Shown: piece after piece, positions 1-11,050 of the stretch
How positions within the stretch are numbered: the stretch's first letter is position 1
How the letters are laid out: every line of letters starts with the position of its first letter
Assembly: GCA_963748475.1 (NCBI GenBank)
Contig: CAVVIY010000001.1
Location: 195,457-259,456 of the forward strand
DNA length: 64,000 bases
From: Candidatus Bathyarchaeota archaeon
GTDB lineage: Archaea; Thermoproteota; Bathyarchaeia; Bathyarchaeales; Bathycorpusculaceae
Direction: 5' to 3'
Notes under the pieces: model-generated
The model's database searches: none
Told to the model about the DNA's origin: nothing
Seen by the model: only the letters and a program-made list of their open reading frames with translations
Position numbers and translations under genes: made by a program

Positions 1-293
1 CCCTCAGCTTCGGGCGCTAAGCCATAGACAAGTATTCCACTGCAAAGTCCTCCCACAGTAGTAATCAACGGAATCAAGTAAAGAGCAGAAGGGATTACTC
101 CTAAGCTTCCGCCTTCTCCGGCTGGCGTAGGAGCAAAAAAACCAGCGACACCGCCGAGCAGACCCGTGCTTACAAGTCTAATTACTTCATAGAAAACAAT
201 ACTGCCTACTCCGCTGACTACGCCTATCAAAATAGCGATTGGAACCCATTTTCTAAGATAACCAAACTCGCGAGAAGCACTTGGGGACTTCAC
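1..293 (-). CDS. CLC-family chloride channel/antiporter, N-terminal part (runs off window start)
   Basis: Manual translation from GTG at 293: MKSPSASREFGYLRKWVPIAILIGVVSGVGSIVFYE...LITTVGGLCSGILVYGLAPEAEG; PEAEG leads into the CLC GxGIP-type motif. Confidence 0.75.
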   Translation of the reverse strand, partial: MKSPSASREFGYLRKWVPIAILIGVVSGVGSIVFYEVIRLVSTGLLGGVAGFFAPTPAGEGGSLGVIPSALYLIPLITTVGGLCSGILVYGLAPEAE

Positions 294-499
294 GTGTTTT
301 TTCCTTCTCGAATATCCACTGCACAGTAAGGTCGGATATAAACGACACGCACGGAAATATCTAAATGGAATAAATTAGAGATCGACTCTTTTTCATGCAC
401 GGTCATCTACGATGACAGCACGCTAAGTGAGACGGTTTGGGATGATTCTCAAAAATACTTAACTCTTGGACACAGCGAGTTTTCTTTAAAAAGTAGCCG

Positions 500-1354
500 T
501 CAATAATACTCGAGGGTATTTGCGCTAGACCGAGCTTTTTCCATAATTTCTTTAATGGTCTCCTGCCTTAACCCTGTCTTTCTCGCAAGCTCCGACGGAT
601 CTTCGGCAAGCAGTTGCCTAATTAGCACTAATCCACAATCAACCAGCCTAAACCTAACTTCACTACTCAAACCTCTAAGGCAACTCAGCGGATGCAACCT
701 CTTATCCTCAATCATATTTTCTAACCCTTGATTTAAGGGGTAATTCCACCCGACTTGGAATATACCTCTACATAGGCCATACTTTATCGCATGTTCAGAG
801 AATCTAGTGTTAGTAACAATCATAGCTTTATCAATTTTAACATCAGTTCCACCCAGCTGGGAACTTTCAGAAACATCTTCCAGCACTGCACGAGCTATGC
901 GACTCTCATCCAATCCAGTTAGAGCATGATAACTCAGATGATGCTTTGCCTCCACAAAATAAGTCACGCTATCCTTTCGTGCAATCCCATCGACTTCATG
1001 CTCCACACACCGTCCCTTCAAAATCTGATTTGAGCTAACTTCGAACCCTTGGTGCTTCAACAAAACCCGAACAAACATCTCGAATTCAGGCTTAGAACCC
1101 ATCAAACTCAGCCCTTTTCGCAAATCAAACAGGTACCTCACACCAGGTTTATCTTTACGCATAAACCTGAAAATAAGTTGAAGAATCTTCGTTGTCGGCT
1201 CGCCCTCGTACAATCTGTTTTCAACTTTCTGGGCAACTTCAAACGCAAGTTGACGGCGTGCACCCATCCTAAGACAAGTCCTAATAACCTTTTCTTTGTC
1301 AAACAATTGTTTAGAACCATCTGCTTTAGTCACAAAAACTCCCAAGAGTTCCAC
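500..1354 (-). CDS. ATP-cone + Mrr-like restriction-endonuclease-fold protein
   Basis: N-terminal VTKADGSKQLFDKEKV (ATP cone); EHEVDGIA...FVEAKHH PD-(D/E)XK motif; C-terminal HhH-like tail. Confidence 0.8.
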   Translation of the reverse strand: MELLGVFVTKADGSKQLFDKEKVIRTCLRMGARRQLAFEVAQKVENRLYEGEPTTKILQLIFRFMRKDKPGVRYLFDLRKGLSLMGSKPEFEMFVRVLLKHQGFEVSSNQILKGRCVEHEVDGIARKDSVTYFVEAKHHLSYHALTGLDESRIARAVLEDVSESSQLGGTDVKIDKAMIVTNTRFSEHAIKYGLCRGIFQVGWNYPLNQGLENMIEDKRLHPLSCLRGLSSEVRFRLVDCGLVLIRQLLAEDPSELARKTGLRQETIKEIMEKARSSANTLEYY

Positions 1355-1515
1355 CAGCTAAAGTTTAACAGACTATGCTCAGACATACCTTAAGTAACTA
1401 TGCCTTAGCTTCTTTAGCGGGTGCTACTTGCTCTCAGAATCGCCCCCTAACTGTTTGATATTCGCCAGATCCAGTCTCTGTTTTTTATTATGGTTCTGAA
1501 CCCCTTTCGGGTATG

Positions 1516-1624
1516 GGGACGGGCAGCTTCAAACTATGGTCTAAACTTACGAAAATAGCCTTATTCGGTTAATTTGAGATAGGGACTCATACCTGATCGG
1601 GGGTAAGCCCGGTCCGGTCCACCA
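1516..1624 (+). ncRNA. tRNA-like element with Ala-type acceptor end (degenerate tRNA or novel RNA)
   Basis: 5' GGGACGG pairs with 3' CCGGTCC-A-CCA (6 of 7 pairs, incl. G3:U70); T-arm-like ATCGG/CCGGT; T/A-rich TATA-like tract at 1481-1490; no canonical anticodon arm. Confidence 0.3.
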
Positions 1625-1766
1625 TATAATAACTGGCTTTTAGGGCTTCTCTGGAAAAATGTGTATCAAAAAAATCTATAACGATTCTAAAAAGTCTTTT
1701 TTTATAAATAGATACATACACCTAACAGCAACTGTAGGAACGAAGCAACTGTGTTAGCACGTACAG

Positions 1767-2294
1767 CTATGAGATTATGCTGACTGCTCCGTTGTTCCTC
1801 CATTGCTCACGCCAATATCTCCTTCTTGATCTCCAGAACAGCATTCGGACCACAAACAGCGCCATGAAGATTACCAGCAAAACGATGAGAAATTCCCCGG
1901 GTAAGTAGCTACCGCCTCTGAAGGCAAGAAAGTAAAAGAGCACAAGCACAATGATTATTCCAATCGGCAGCATAAGAAAAATCCCGACAATACGATACCA
2001 ACTCGGCGGGCCAGCTCTATTCCAGCCAACGCCTTCACTGCTTCCAGACCCCATTTTGGCACGTTGCTCTTGGATTTGTTTAAGTCGTTCTTCATTCAGA
2101 TAGTACTTACCGTTTATTTCTACAAAAATGCCTGATTGACCAAGTCTTCGATGCATGGTCTCTTCAAAACGCGGCGGCAACCCCAGCTCCTGAATGGTCA
2201 TGGCTTTTTCTGGGCTTATAGCTCCTTTCTGACGGAACTTCTCAATTAGCCCCTGTAACCGTCGACGCATTCCCTCTCGGTTACGCCAAATCAT
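1767..2294 (-). CDS. Hypothetical membrane protein (wHTH-like N-terminus, two TM helices)
   Basis: 175-aa ORF with two hydrophobic segments near the C-terminus. Confidence 0.7.
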   Translation of the reverse strand: MIWRNREGMRRRLQGLIEKFRQKGAISPEKAMTIQELGLPPRFEETMHRRLGQSGIFVEINGKYYLNEERLKQIQEQRAKMGSGSSEGVGWNRAGPPSWYRIVGIFLMLPIGIIIVLVLFYFLAFRGGSYLPGEFLIVLLVIFMALFVVRMLFWRSRRRYWREQWRNNGAVSIIS

Positions 2295-2329
2295 AGGGGT
2301 AGGTTAGAGGCAAGGTTTGAGTGTTATTT

Positions 2330-2657
2330 TGTGTGTTACTCGGCTTGGTCTTTTTTTTGGTATCCTTCGTTTTGCTTGTTATTTCTTCGAATAGCCCATA
2401 GTTTTCTTCCATTAGTTCCGAGAGGAAATACGCGGTAGAGTAGTGGTCTCCGGCGGAGATGATTAATTTGTTTTTTCTAGAATTGTTAGGTGGTGTCTAA
2501 TTGTTTTGTAGTTTACTTTGAGGAGTGTGGCTAGTTGGTTTGAGTTTTGCGGGTTCTTTTTTAGGGACTTGATTATTTGTGCCCGGGTTTTGCCGCCTTT
2601 TGTTCCTATGATTAGCCATCCTATTAATTGTCTTATTGGTCGATTGTTGTTTATCAT
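2330..2657 (-). CDS. ArsR-like winged-helix regulator (frameshift near 2470; 3' end approximate)
   Basis: GTKGGKTRAQII...NQLATLLKVNYKTIRHHL; continues in another frame as LIISAGDHYSTAYFLSELMEENY. Confidence 0.7.
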
Positions 2658-2700
2658 GTTTGTTGCTTCCCCGTTTTTTCTTGTTTATCTATTATACATT

Positions 2701-2721
2701 GCTACTATTTAAGGTAGTAGC
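2701..2721. promoter_or_regulatory. Palindromic operator GCTACTA-N7-TAGTAGC, copy 1
   Basis: Perfect 7-bp inverted arms upstream of the ArsR-like gene; recurs at 2843 and 4202. Confidence 0.7.
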
Positions 2722-2842
2722 TGCTATCGAAATTAGCACCGTCACTTTTGGTTACGTTTTGTTTGCTGCGGTTTGGATGGTGTGTGCTTTGTGAAAGAAA
2801 AAGGTGAGTGTCGTTAACAAATAGTAACATTTATATCGCAAA

Positions 2843-2863
2843 GCTACTATCAAAGATAGTAGC
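2843..2863. promoter_or_regulatory. Palindromic operator GCTACTA-N7-TAGTAGC, copy 2
   Basis: GCTACTATCAAAGATAGTAGC just downstream of TTTATAT and upstream of htrA. Confidence 0.75.
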
Positions 2864-2871
2864 ATAAACAA

Positions 2872-4120
2872 TTGCAAGGAGACAAAACCAACGGAAAACC
2901 CAACCCAAAAACCAAAAAAAACCAAACTTGCCATTTTCATAGCCACCATACTCATAGTAGCCACCCTAACAGCCGGAGTAGCTGGATACTACATAGGCCA
3001 CCTACCCACCTCCACTAACAACAGTCAACAAAACCAAGCCCCAACCACCCCATCTACCTCAACCAATTCACCCGCCTCAGCCGCTCAAACCGACACCACT
3101 TTATCTGACAATGCTTCACTTTCACAGATATACCAGCAGGTGTCGCCATCAGTAGTAGTCATACAAGACTTCCAACCATCAACTGACATATTCAACCAGG
3201 TTGAATACTCTCAAGTCCTTGGTTCAGGATTTACTTATGACCTCAACGGCCAAGACATCATAGTCACAAACTACCATGTAATAGACGGCGGAGTAAACAT
3301 TACAGTTACCTTCCAAGATGGAAACACTTACACCGCCAAGGTACTAGGCTCAGACCCCTACTCAGACCTAGCCGTACTTTCAACTAACGCACCACAATCT
3401 GAACTAGTCCCACTAACAGTCACCAGCTCATCAAGCCTACAAGTCGGAGACCCAGTCATAGCAATCGGCAGCCCCTATGGATTGTCAGGGTCGATGACCA
3501 CAGGAATAATCAGTGCATTGGGCAGAACAATCACCGAAGACACCACAAACGGATACGCCATAGCTGACATCATCCAAACAAGTGCTGCCATTAACCCAGG
3601 CAACTCAGGCGGCCCCCTACTCAACTATCAAGGTCAAGTCATCGGCATAACAACAGCTGTAGTCGATAATTCCCAAGGCTTAGGCTTCGCCATACCTTCA
3701 GGCACTATACTGAGAGAAGTCCAAGACTTAGCAACGACTGGTTCATACACTCAACACTCGTACCTGGGCATTAGCTCCGTAGACATGACTTATGACATCG
3801 CGAATCAAATGGGAGTAACTGTCACATACGGCGTCCTAATTCAGCAGGTAACAGGCGGTGGACCCGCAGCCAATGCTGGCCTCAAAGCAGGCACCACACA
3901 AACCACAATAGACGGCAACACCCTAACCACAGGCGGCGACATCATAATAGGCATTAATGACTCAAGAATTAGAAACGGGGACGACCTATCAACATACCTA
4001 GAAGAATACACACTACCAGGACAAACCATTAGCCTAACAATTGTACGAAACAACCAAACCATGAACATATCAGTAGTACTAGGCACACGACCTGCCCCTA
4101 CCAGCACAGGAGCATCTTAA
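2872..4120 (+). CDS. htrA: HtrA/DegP-like membrane-anchored serine protease with PDZ domain (probable frameshift in A-run near 2915-2921)
   Basis: TNYHV, DLAVL, GNSGGPL catalytic triad and PDZ domain; the frame of ORF 3140 stays open upstream through a TM anchor (KLAIFIATILIVATLTAGVAGYYIG); start position inferred. Confidence 0.9.
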
Positions 4121-4201
4121 TAGAAATGGCAAGCTCTCACCTTTTCTTTTTGGAAAGCAGGTTGAAAAAAGCATCGTGTTTTGTTTTCGAAAGATTAAAG
4201 A

Positions 4202-4222
4202 GCTACTACAGAGGATAGTAAT
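4202..4222. promoter_or_regulatory. Palindromic operator, copy 3 (GCTACTA-N7-TAGTAAT)
   Basis: 13 bp upstream of the BlaI-like start codon. Confidence 0.65.
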
Positions 4223-4235
4223 GTGGTCGTAAGCC

Positions 4236-4685
4236 ATGATTGAAGAGAAAAAACCAGGATTCTCCCAATACAACATAGAAGGCAAAGCATTAGAAGCCTT
4301 TCTAGGCCCACTCGAGGCTAACATCATGGAGGCAATATGGGCTTCAAAAAAAACACCCATAACAGTCAGAGAAATCCATGCCGCCCTGAATAGAACCAAG
4401 AAAATAGCCTACACAACCGTCATGTCCACCATGGACAGACTCTTCGACAAAAGCTTATTGGAAAGGAAAATAGAAAAGGGAAGAGGCGGGCTCTACTATG
4501 TCTACTGGCCTAAACTTGAAAAAAGAAACTTCCAAAAATCAGCCGTACGCGAGGTTCTCGCTAGCTTGATCGGAAATTTCGGCGAAGCGGTCACCAGTTG
4601 CCTAATCGAAGAAACCAATATGGGAGAAGGAGACCGCAAAGCGCTACAAGAACAACTCAGCAAAATAAAGAGAAATAAAAAATAA
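4236..4685 (+). CDS. BlaI/MecI/CopY-family transcriptional repressor
   Basis: LGPLEANIMEAIW...IAYTTVMSTMDRL...LLER signature. Confidence 0.9.
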   Translation: MIEEKKPGFSQYNIEGKALEAFLGPLEANIMEAIWASKKTPITVREIHAALNRTKKIAYTTVMSTMDRLFDKSLLERKIEKGRGGLYYVYWPKLEKRNFQKSAVREVLASLIGNFGEAVTSCLIEETNMGEGDRKALQEQLSKIKRNKK

Positions 4686-4712
4686 TAAGGTAACACTGAA
4701 GAGGCGGTTGAA

Positions 4713-5873
4713 GTGAACTTTGAAGACGTCCTCGTTCAGGTCTTTCAACCCTACTTCTACTATTCGATTATAGCTTTGGCCATATCGTTTGTTTGCATAA
4801 AAATAGTCGTAAAGTGTTGCCCATTCATGGGAAGTAAAACCAAAAGCCTGATTTACCTGATCCCTATAGTTGCGCCACTCTTTGTCATGCTTTCATTTCC
4901 GCCTAAAATAGTGGTACAAGCGGTCTCTTACCATTTACTTGGATCCTTCAGCATCGCTATCCCTCGAGGGCCCATGCTTTTTAGCCCCTTTCAGCTATTA
5001 CAGCCGCTTCCACCACAAACAATGGTCACGCTTGTGGCATTTTCAATAAATCCGATTCTTTCAATAACAGGAATTATCTGCCTAATCGGCTTAGCATTAG
5101 GAGGGATTTACGCTGTCACAACAATTGTGATGGGCGATTGGGTAGCCTTTAGGCTTTTACATGTAATCAACCTCGACTCAAACGAGTTTGAATGGCTCCA
5201 AACAGAAATAGCTAAAATCTCCAAGAAACTATCCATTTCGACTCCACAGGTGGCGCTCGTGGAAGACTTGCGCCCCAATGCTTTCACCATGGGACATGGC
5301 CGCAAAACAAAACTTGTCTTCACCATAGGACTTTTAAATATTTTAGATAAAGAGGAAATATTGGCCGTAGCGTCCCATGAACTTGCCCACGTCAAAAACC
5401 ACGATTTCTTCTTTAAGACCTTATCTAACGCCTTAGCTGCTGTGTCATTCTTCAACCCTCTGGCATATTTTGCATTGTTCAACAGTCAAAGGGAAAGAGA
5501 AATGCTAGCAGACGAGAACGGAGCAAAACTCATACAAAAACCAGATAGCCTAGCAAACGCATTAACAAAAATTACCAAGGCTCTGCAAAATCTACCAGGA
5601 GAAAGTAAGTTAATTCGTATAACCTCAAGCCTTTTAGCATCATCACCAATCATTCATAGACCACAAATACTTTCCGGTCATCCAAAAATAAACCTGCGGC
5701 TAAAAAATATAAACCAGCTAACCACGATAAAACCGAAACGACTCAAACCCAGCAAGCTTATAGTTGCAATTTTGCTTACATGCGTAATAGTCGTAGCTGG
5801 CGTCACAGCCACTTACGCCTTAGTCAATCTTCAATCCGGATACGTAACTCCTAACAGGCGCAGCCTACGTTAA
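4713..5873 (+). CDS. M48/M56 membrane zinc metallopeptidase (BlaR1/HtpX-like); may extend to 6162 across a frameshift
   Basis: PNAFT, HELAH, EREMLAD and HP motifs; multiple TM helices; follows the BlaI-like gene. Confidence 0.85.
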   Translation: MNFEDVLVQVFQPYFYYSIIALAISFVCIKIVVKCCPFMGSKTKSLIYLIPIVAPLFVMLSFPPKIVVQAVSYHLLGSFSIAIPRGPMLFSPFQLLQPLPPQTMVTLVAFSINPILSITGIICLIGLALGGIYAVTTIVMGDWVAFRLLHVINLDSNEFEWLQTEIAKISKKLSISTPQVALVEDLRPNAFTMGHGRKTKLVFTIGLLNILDKEEILAVASHELAHVKNHDFFFKTLSNALAAVSFFNPLAYFALFNSQREREMLADENGAKLIQKPDSLANALTKITKALQNLPGESKLIRITSSLLASSPIIHRPQILSGHPKINLRLKNINQLTTIKPKRLKPSKLIVAILLTCVIVVAGVTATYALVNLQSGYVTPNRRSLR

Positions 5874-6432
5874 AGGCGCTAGCACTGACTCGATTGGCAC
5901 ACACATAATATTAATTGACTCTAACCTGATTTGTAACCCTATGCTCGGGCAAATATCCAGTTTGCAAAACTCAAACCCGCAAATTATTTCACCAGCCAAT
6001 CCAACGCAACTAAACGAAGTGCCCAACTTTAATCAAAACCAAGCTGAATACAACACGCCTAAAACATCCATAGTCATTCCTGGAGCAAATCCATCCAACC
6101 AAATAACCATTATCTATGCATTGACAAACGAAAATGGCACAACTTTAATCATAAAATATTAGTAAACCCTTTCAATTTCTCAGCGCTGCTTACCATGAGG
6201 AATACTCTTTTTTGAACTAGTTCTCATAGCTAAAAAGATACCTACTTCTCCCCAAGTTTGCTAGTCGAACCCCAAGCAAAACTGAGCTCTCGTAATAGAC
6301 GTGTAGACTTCTATTTTCAACATCGGTATGACATCAGCCGTTATTCAATGGCGCCATTACATTTTACGCAGATCCACTATTTGCATTGTTTTGTGTAAAA
6401 GGTTGCTAAGGTGCTTTTCTCTGTCGCGTGGA

Positions 6433-7650
6433 TTAAGTCGAGATTTCGCGGACAACAACAACGATGAATCGTCCATGCAGTGTTTTTACCAAGCTATAGT
6501 TTACCTTTACTGACATTAGGGATTTGTCCTTTCGCATGTGAGCCATTTCATGACTAATCAGTGCTTTTTCAACAATATTTCTTAGAAGCGATTCGATTGA
6601 GGGCACATCTTGAGGCTGCAATAGTGAACGAATATTCATATTGAGGAATTCGTCAAGGCTATAGCCGTATGCTTTTGAAGCTGCTTCATTTGCATATGCA
6701 AAGTCTCCTTTAATATTTACGAGAAATATGGCTTCCCTTGCGTTGTCTAGAATCGTTGCTCTTAGTTTAAGCCCTTCTTCCATCTTTTGATGTTCGTGAA
6801 TTTCTCGGGTAAGTTCTTCGTTTGCCTTTGCGCATTCAGCGGTGCGTTGTGCCACTACCTCCTCGAGCCTGTGTCGATATTTGTTTAGTTCCGCTTCTAT
6901 CTCCTTGTTCTTGGTGATATCCATCGATAAAATCAAGACTCCTTCTGGCACAGGTTCGATGTGAAGCTCAAACCAGCCTTTGGATCCATCTGGAAAAGTG
7001 AATTCATTATCCATTTGGTGTGGAACACGATTTGTCATGCAGTTTCGAAGGTGGCTAAACATTTCTGTTCTGTCTATGCCTGGATAAACCTGCATCATTG
7101 TGTAACCTAACAGTTCTTCTTTGGTTCTTGCGCCCCTGTTTAGCTACTGCCTCATTAACGTATACATAGCGCCAATCATAATCGATAATTTGGCAACCCT
7201 CAATCATGGAATCCAACGAAATCTGAAGCCGATTCTCCACCTCTTTTAACGCTTTTTCGTTTCCGCCTCAGGATCAGTGACATCGTCCGCCGAGCTAAGT
7301 GTTCCAATAATGTTACCTTTTTCATCGCTGACGAGTATGTTATGAAAGCTAAATATTCGCTCTTCTCCTTGTTTGGTAATAAATGAATGATCAGAATGTA
7401 CATGGCGAAGAGTCCCACTTAGCATGTCGTGAAAAAAACGTCTAGCATCTTCTCTTTTCGCTTTTGAAAGAAAACTGTCAAACCAGTTCTTACCCTTAAT
7501 CTCATTTCTTGAATATCCGAGAATTTCGCATGCCTTTTTGTTTACGTCGGTAACGACTTCGTCGCTGCCGATAGCAATCATAAAGGCGTCTGCACAGTCA
7601 AAAAACAATTGCGCAAAATTATTTTGTGTTTCCAACTTGTTTTCCCTCAA
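6433..7650 (-). CDS. Multi-PAS sensor protein, split over three ORFs by frameshifts
   Basis: ORFs 7246-7650, 7055-7240 and 6433-7098 all carry PAS motifs (VNKKACEILGYS, YVNEA, YANEAASKAYGYS) plus a coiled coil; no kinase domain. Confidence 0.75.
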
Positions 7651-9839
7651 CCAGATTATTTTTTGATACTTGCTGTCCGACAGCAGGCAAGTACATTTGT
7701 TGAGTGTACTCTTTCATCATTCGGCAAGCGCTGAAAGCAGGGGTGATTGTTTTTATAGCTTCTTTAACGATTTTTATCCATCCGTGCGGTATGCCCCTGC
7801 GGTCTAGGTCATAGTAGAGAGGCACGATTTCGTTTTCGAGCAGATTATAGAGTGATTCGGCATCTCTTTTATCTTCCTCCTCCGAGTTGCCTCCCTGAAA
7901 ATCGCCGATTGCCCACCCATTTTTGCCGTTGTATGCTTCATCCCACCATCCGTCGCGAACGCTAAGGTTGATTACACCGTTCATTGAAGCTTTCATTCCG
8001 CTGGTTCCACATGCTTCCTGAAGTCGTCTGGGCGTGTTGAGCCAAACATCGACACCTCGGACGAGTTCTCGTGCTACATTGAGGTCGTAGTCTTCAACAA
8101 AGGCAATGCGCCCTTGAAATCCTCTGTCCAAAACTGCATGATACACCTGTTTGAGAAGCTGTTTTGACTGGTAGTCGGCTGGATGGGATTTGCCTGCAAA
8201 AATTATCTGCAAAGGTCTCACCGGATTTGTTATTATGTCGTTTTAGCCGTTCAATGTCGGACAGAACTAAGTAAGGCCGTTTGTATTCGGTAAATCGGCG
8301 GGCAAAAGCAATAGTTAAAGCGTATGGATCCAGCAATGAACCCATGGCAATGACTTGTTGAGTGGTGGCTGCGTCTTGCGTCCAGCGTTGTTGGGCTCTG
8401 TCTTGTATGGTATTTATCAATCGGGTTTTTAATGTTTGACGTACCTGCCACAATTCTTCGTCAGGTATGTCATCTACGCATTTCCAATATTCATCGTCGT
8501 CTTGTTTTTGAAGCCATTCAGAGCCAAGGTGCTTTTCACAAAGCGCCCTGATTTCTGGCGCTTGCCAACTGGGTAAGTGCACACCGTTGGTTATGGATAC
8601 AATCGGTACCTGTTCTTCCTTCTTATCTGGCCAAAGGACTTGCCACATTCTCCGGGTTACTTTGCCGTGCAGTTTGGATACGGCGTTGGATTGACCAGAT
8701 AGACGAAGCGCAAAGGCTGTAAGATTGAATTTTTCAGAACCAAAGCCTTCATACTGTCCAAGCTTCATGAAAGTTTCTCTGTCGATTCCGAGGGGCTCCC
8801 AAAGGTTACGTGAGTAGCGGTCCATTAATTGAAAGCTGAAGATATGATGACCGGCTGAAACTGGAGTGTGGGTCGTGAAGACTGTGCATCTGCGTACGTT
8901 TTCGATGGCTGAATCTAAAGAGGCACCGTTTGCTCGCTCTAGTCGGAGTCGTTCAAGCATCATGAAAGCCGTGTGGTCTTCGTTAGCGTGCCATACAACT
9001 GGTTCTATGTGAAGTTCGCGCAGTGTGCGCACTCCGCCTACGCCTAGAACGATTAGTTGGCGTAGCCGTTCTTCTTGGTCGGCTGTGTACAGGCGAGCTG
9101 ACAACATTCTGTCTTCAGGACGATTTTCTTCAACATTAGTGTCCATCAAGTATAGGTTAACGCGACCAACACGTACCTGCCACACCTTAACATACAGTTG
9201 GCGGTCGGCGAGTTGAATCGGAATAAGAGGCCCGCATCCGTAAGGCCAAGCGCAAGGTGAAATAGGCGCATCATTGAAGTTCAGTTGTCTGTAATCTTCT
9301 TGTTGGTCGCCTTCAGGGGACATCCGCTGGCGGAAATAGCCTTGAGGATACATGAATCCGACTGCCACAAGTGGCAACCCGCGGTCCGAGCATTCTTTAC
9401 ATATGTCTCCTGCTAAGACGCCCAAGCCGCCTGCATATATAGGCAGGGAATTGTGGATGGCGTACTCAGCTGAGAAATACGCGATTTGCCCATTTGGTTT
9501 GTCTGGGTTTGTTTGGCCGCACCAGTCTTGGCCTCGTGACATTTCTTCGTCAAACTTTGACATTACTGTGTCGTAGAGTTCCAGAAAAGCCGGGTCTCTT
9601 GCCGCTGCCTCTAGCTTTTCTGTGCTAATGCTGCGCAGCTGCTTGACTGGGTTGTGTTCGCTGGTTCGCCAAAGGGCATAATCTAAAGAGCGAAAAATCT
9701 GTCGCCCTTCCTCATGCCAACTCCACCACAAGTTATTGGCAAGCTCGAATAACCTGCCGATTCTTGGAGGAAGGTTGGGCGATTCATTTTCCTGATTATC
9801 TGCTGAATACATGAAGTGAGCCACCTCGAACTTGTTCAA
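7619..9839 (-). CDS. glgP: Alpha-glucan (glycogen) phosphorylase, frameshift near 8235
   Basis: YFSAEY, YAGGLGVLAGD, FTTHTP, FARRFTEYKR, FAGKSHP, EACGTSGMK (PLP lysine) across ORFs 8094-9839 and 7619-8221. Confidence 0.92.
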
Positions 9840-10032
9840 TACATTTTTTGAAAGCGCCAGAAATATGACGAGTTAGCGAACGTTTACAACGCAGGATGCG
9901 CCTAATTTAATATTTTTAAGCGCCAACTTATATACATACTGCAAACGTTTCAGCAGGCTCTTCAGCGATTAAACGTCGACGAGTCTTTCGACTACCACAA
10001 AAAGGGAAAGAAAAATTTTTTCGGAATGCCGC

Positions 10033-10536
10033 CTAGATAGGTGCCAGCATTAGGAAAGTATAGTTTGCGTCTGCTGTTTGCAGTTTAGCACCGATTTTCA
10101 AAGCAACTCTGCCAGCAAGCCAAGAATAGGAGTATTGTCCCGCAAGTTTAAGTGTGACTGGCTGCCCGTTCGGGTCGGTACCCTGCGCCTGTAACAGAAC
10201 ATCATGTCTTCCTGTCAGTACTCCGCCGTTTCCGCTTGTAAATGTGTATGAAACGCCGTCAGCTACCAATGTTCCGCCTGTAACATCAAAAAGCTTAACA
10301 GTGCCCTTGGTTGATGTTGGCTGAAGCGTCAGGGTCAAGTTTGCTTGATAATATTTTATTGTGTCGCTGTCGATTGTTTGGTAAATGTTGCCTCGGGCAT
10401 TAAGGGTTCTTATATTTGAAGCGGCATTGTTTGCAATGGTTTGAGCGCTTACATACGGTACAGTTATCACCAGCACGATTGCCATTGTAACTATCGCGGT
10501 TAAAACGATTTTGTTTTTTTTGCTTAAACTAACCAT
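10033..10536 (-). CDS. Secreted hypothetical protein
   Basis: Signal-peptide-like N-terminus, beta-rich body. Confidence 0.7.
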   Translation of the reverse strand: MVSLSKKNKIVLTAIVTMAIVLVITVPYVSAQTIANNAASNIRTLNARGNIYQTIDSDTIKYYQANLTLTLQPTSTKGTVKLFDVTGGTLVADGVSYTFTSGNGGVLTGRHDVLLQAQGTDPNGQPVTLKLAGQYSYSWLAGRVALKIGAKLQTADANYTFLMLAPI

Positions 10537-10641
10537 TTGTTTTGTTCCTCCAACTTTTTCATTAATCTCTCCTTTGTTTTTGTCTTTAAAAAGGAAGCCG
10601 CACTTTTGATGTGCACCATAAATGTATACTAAGGCTTAGTT

Positions 10642-10980
10642 TCATCTAGTCTTTTCAGATAACATTTCTTCTTCCATATGCAGAAGTAGGCCTATTCGAC
10701 GCTCCCACCTGCTTAAGAAACGGTATTGAGCGTACATTGCGTAAACGCTGTAGGCGAGTACGATGCCTGCTAAAATTAGAAGAATAAAACCTATGAATCC
10801 CAACCCGAAATGCCTAGTTCTTAAAATTAGCCAAACGACAATTATGAATAGGATTCCTGAAGATGCAAGTCCGATTAGGGTGCCGTTTCGAAATTTTGTC
10901 CATTCCTTGTCTAACTCGGACAGAAAGTCGTGTAGAGACTTGACTGGGTAAACCTTCTCCTCAATAGGCTCCTTGGTCAT
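10642..10980 (-). CDS. Small two-TM membrane protein
   Basis: 112 aa, two hydrophobic helices. Confidence 0.7.
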   Translation of the reverse strand: MTKEPIEEKVYPVKSLHDFLSELDKEWTKFRNGTLIGLASSGILFIIVVWLILRTRHFGLGFIGFILLILAGIVLAYSVYAMYAQYRFLSRWERRIGLLLHMEEEMLSEKTR

Positions 10981-11050
10981 TTTTCTTACCTTCCTATTTA
11001 TTGCTTTTTTAGTTTTTATATCTGATGCACCAGAGATGAACTAGAATGGC

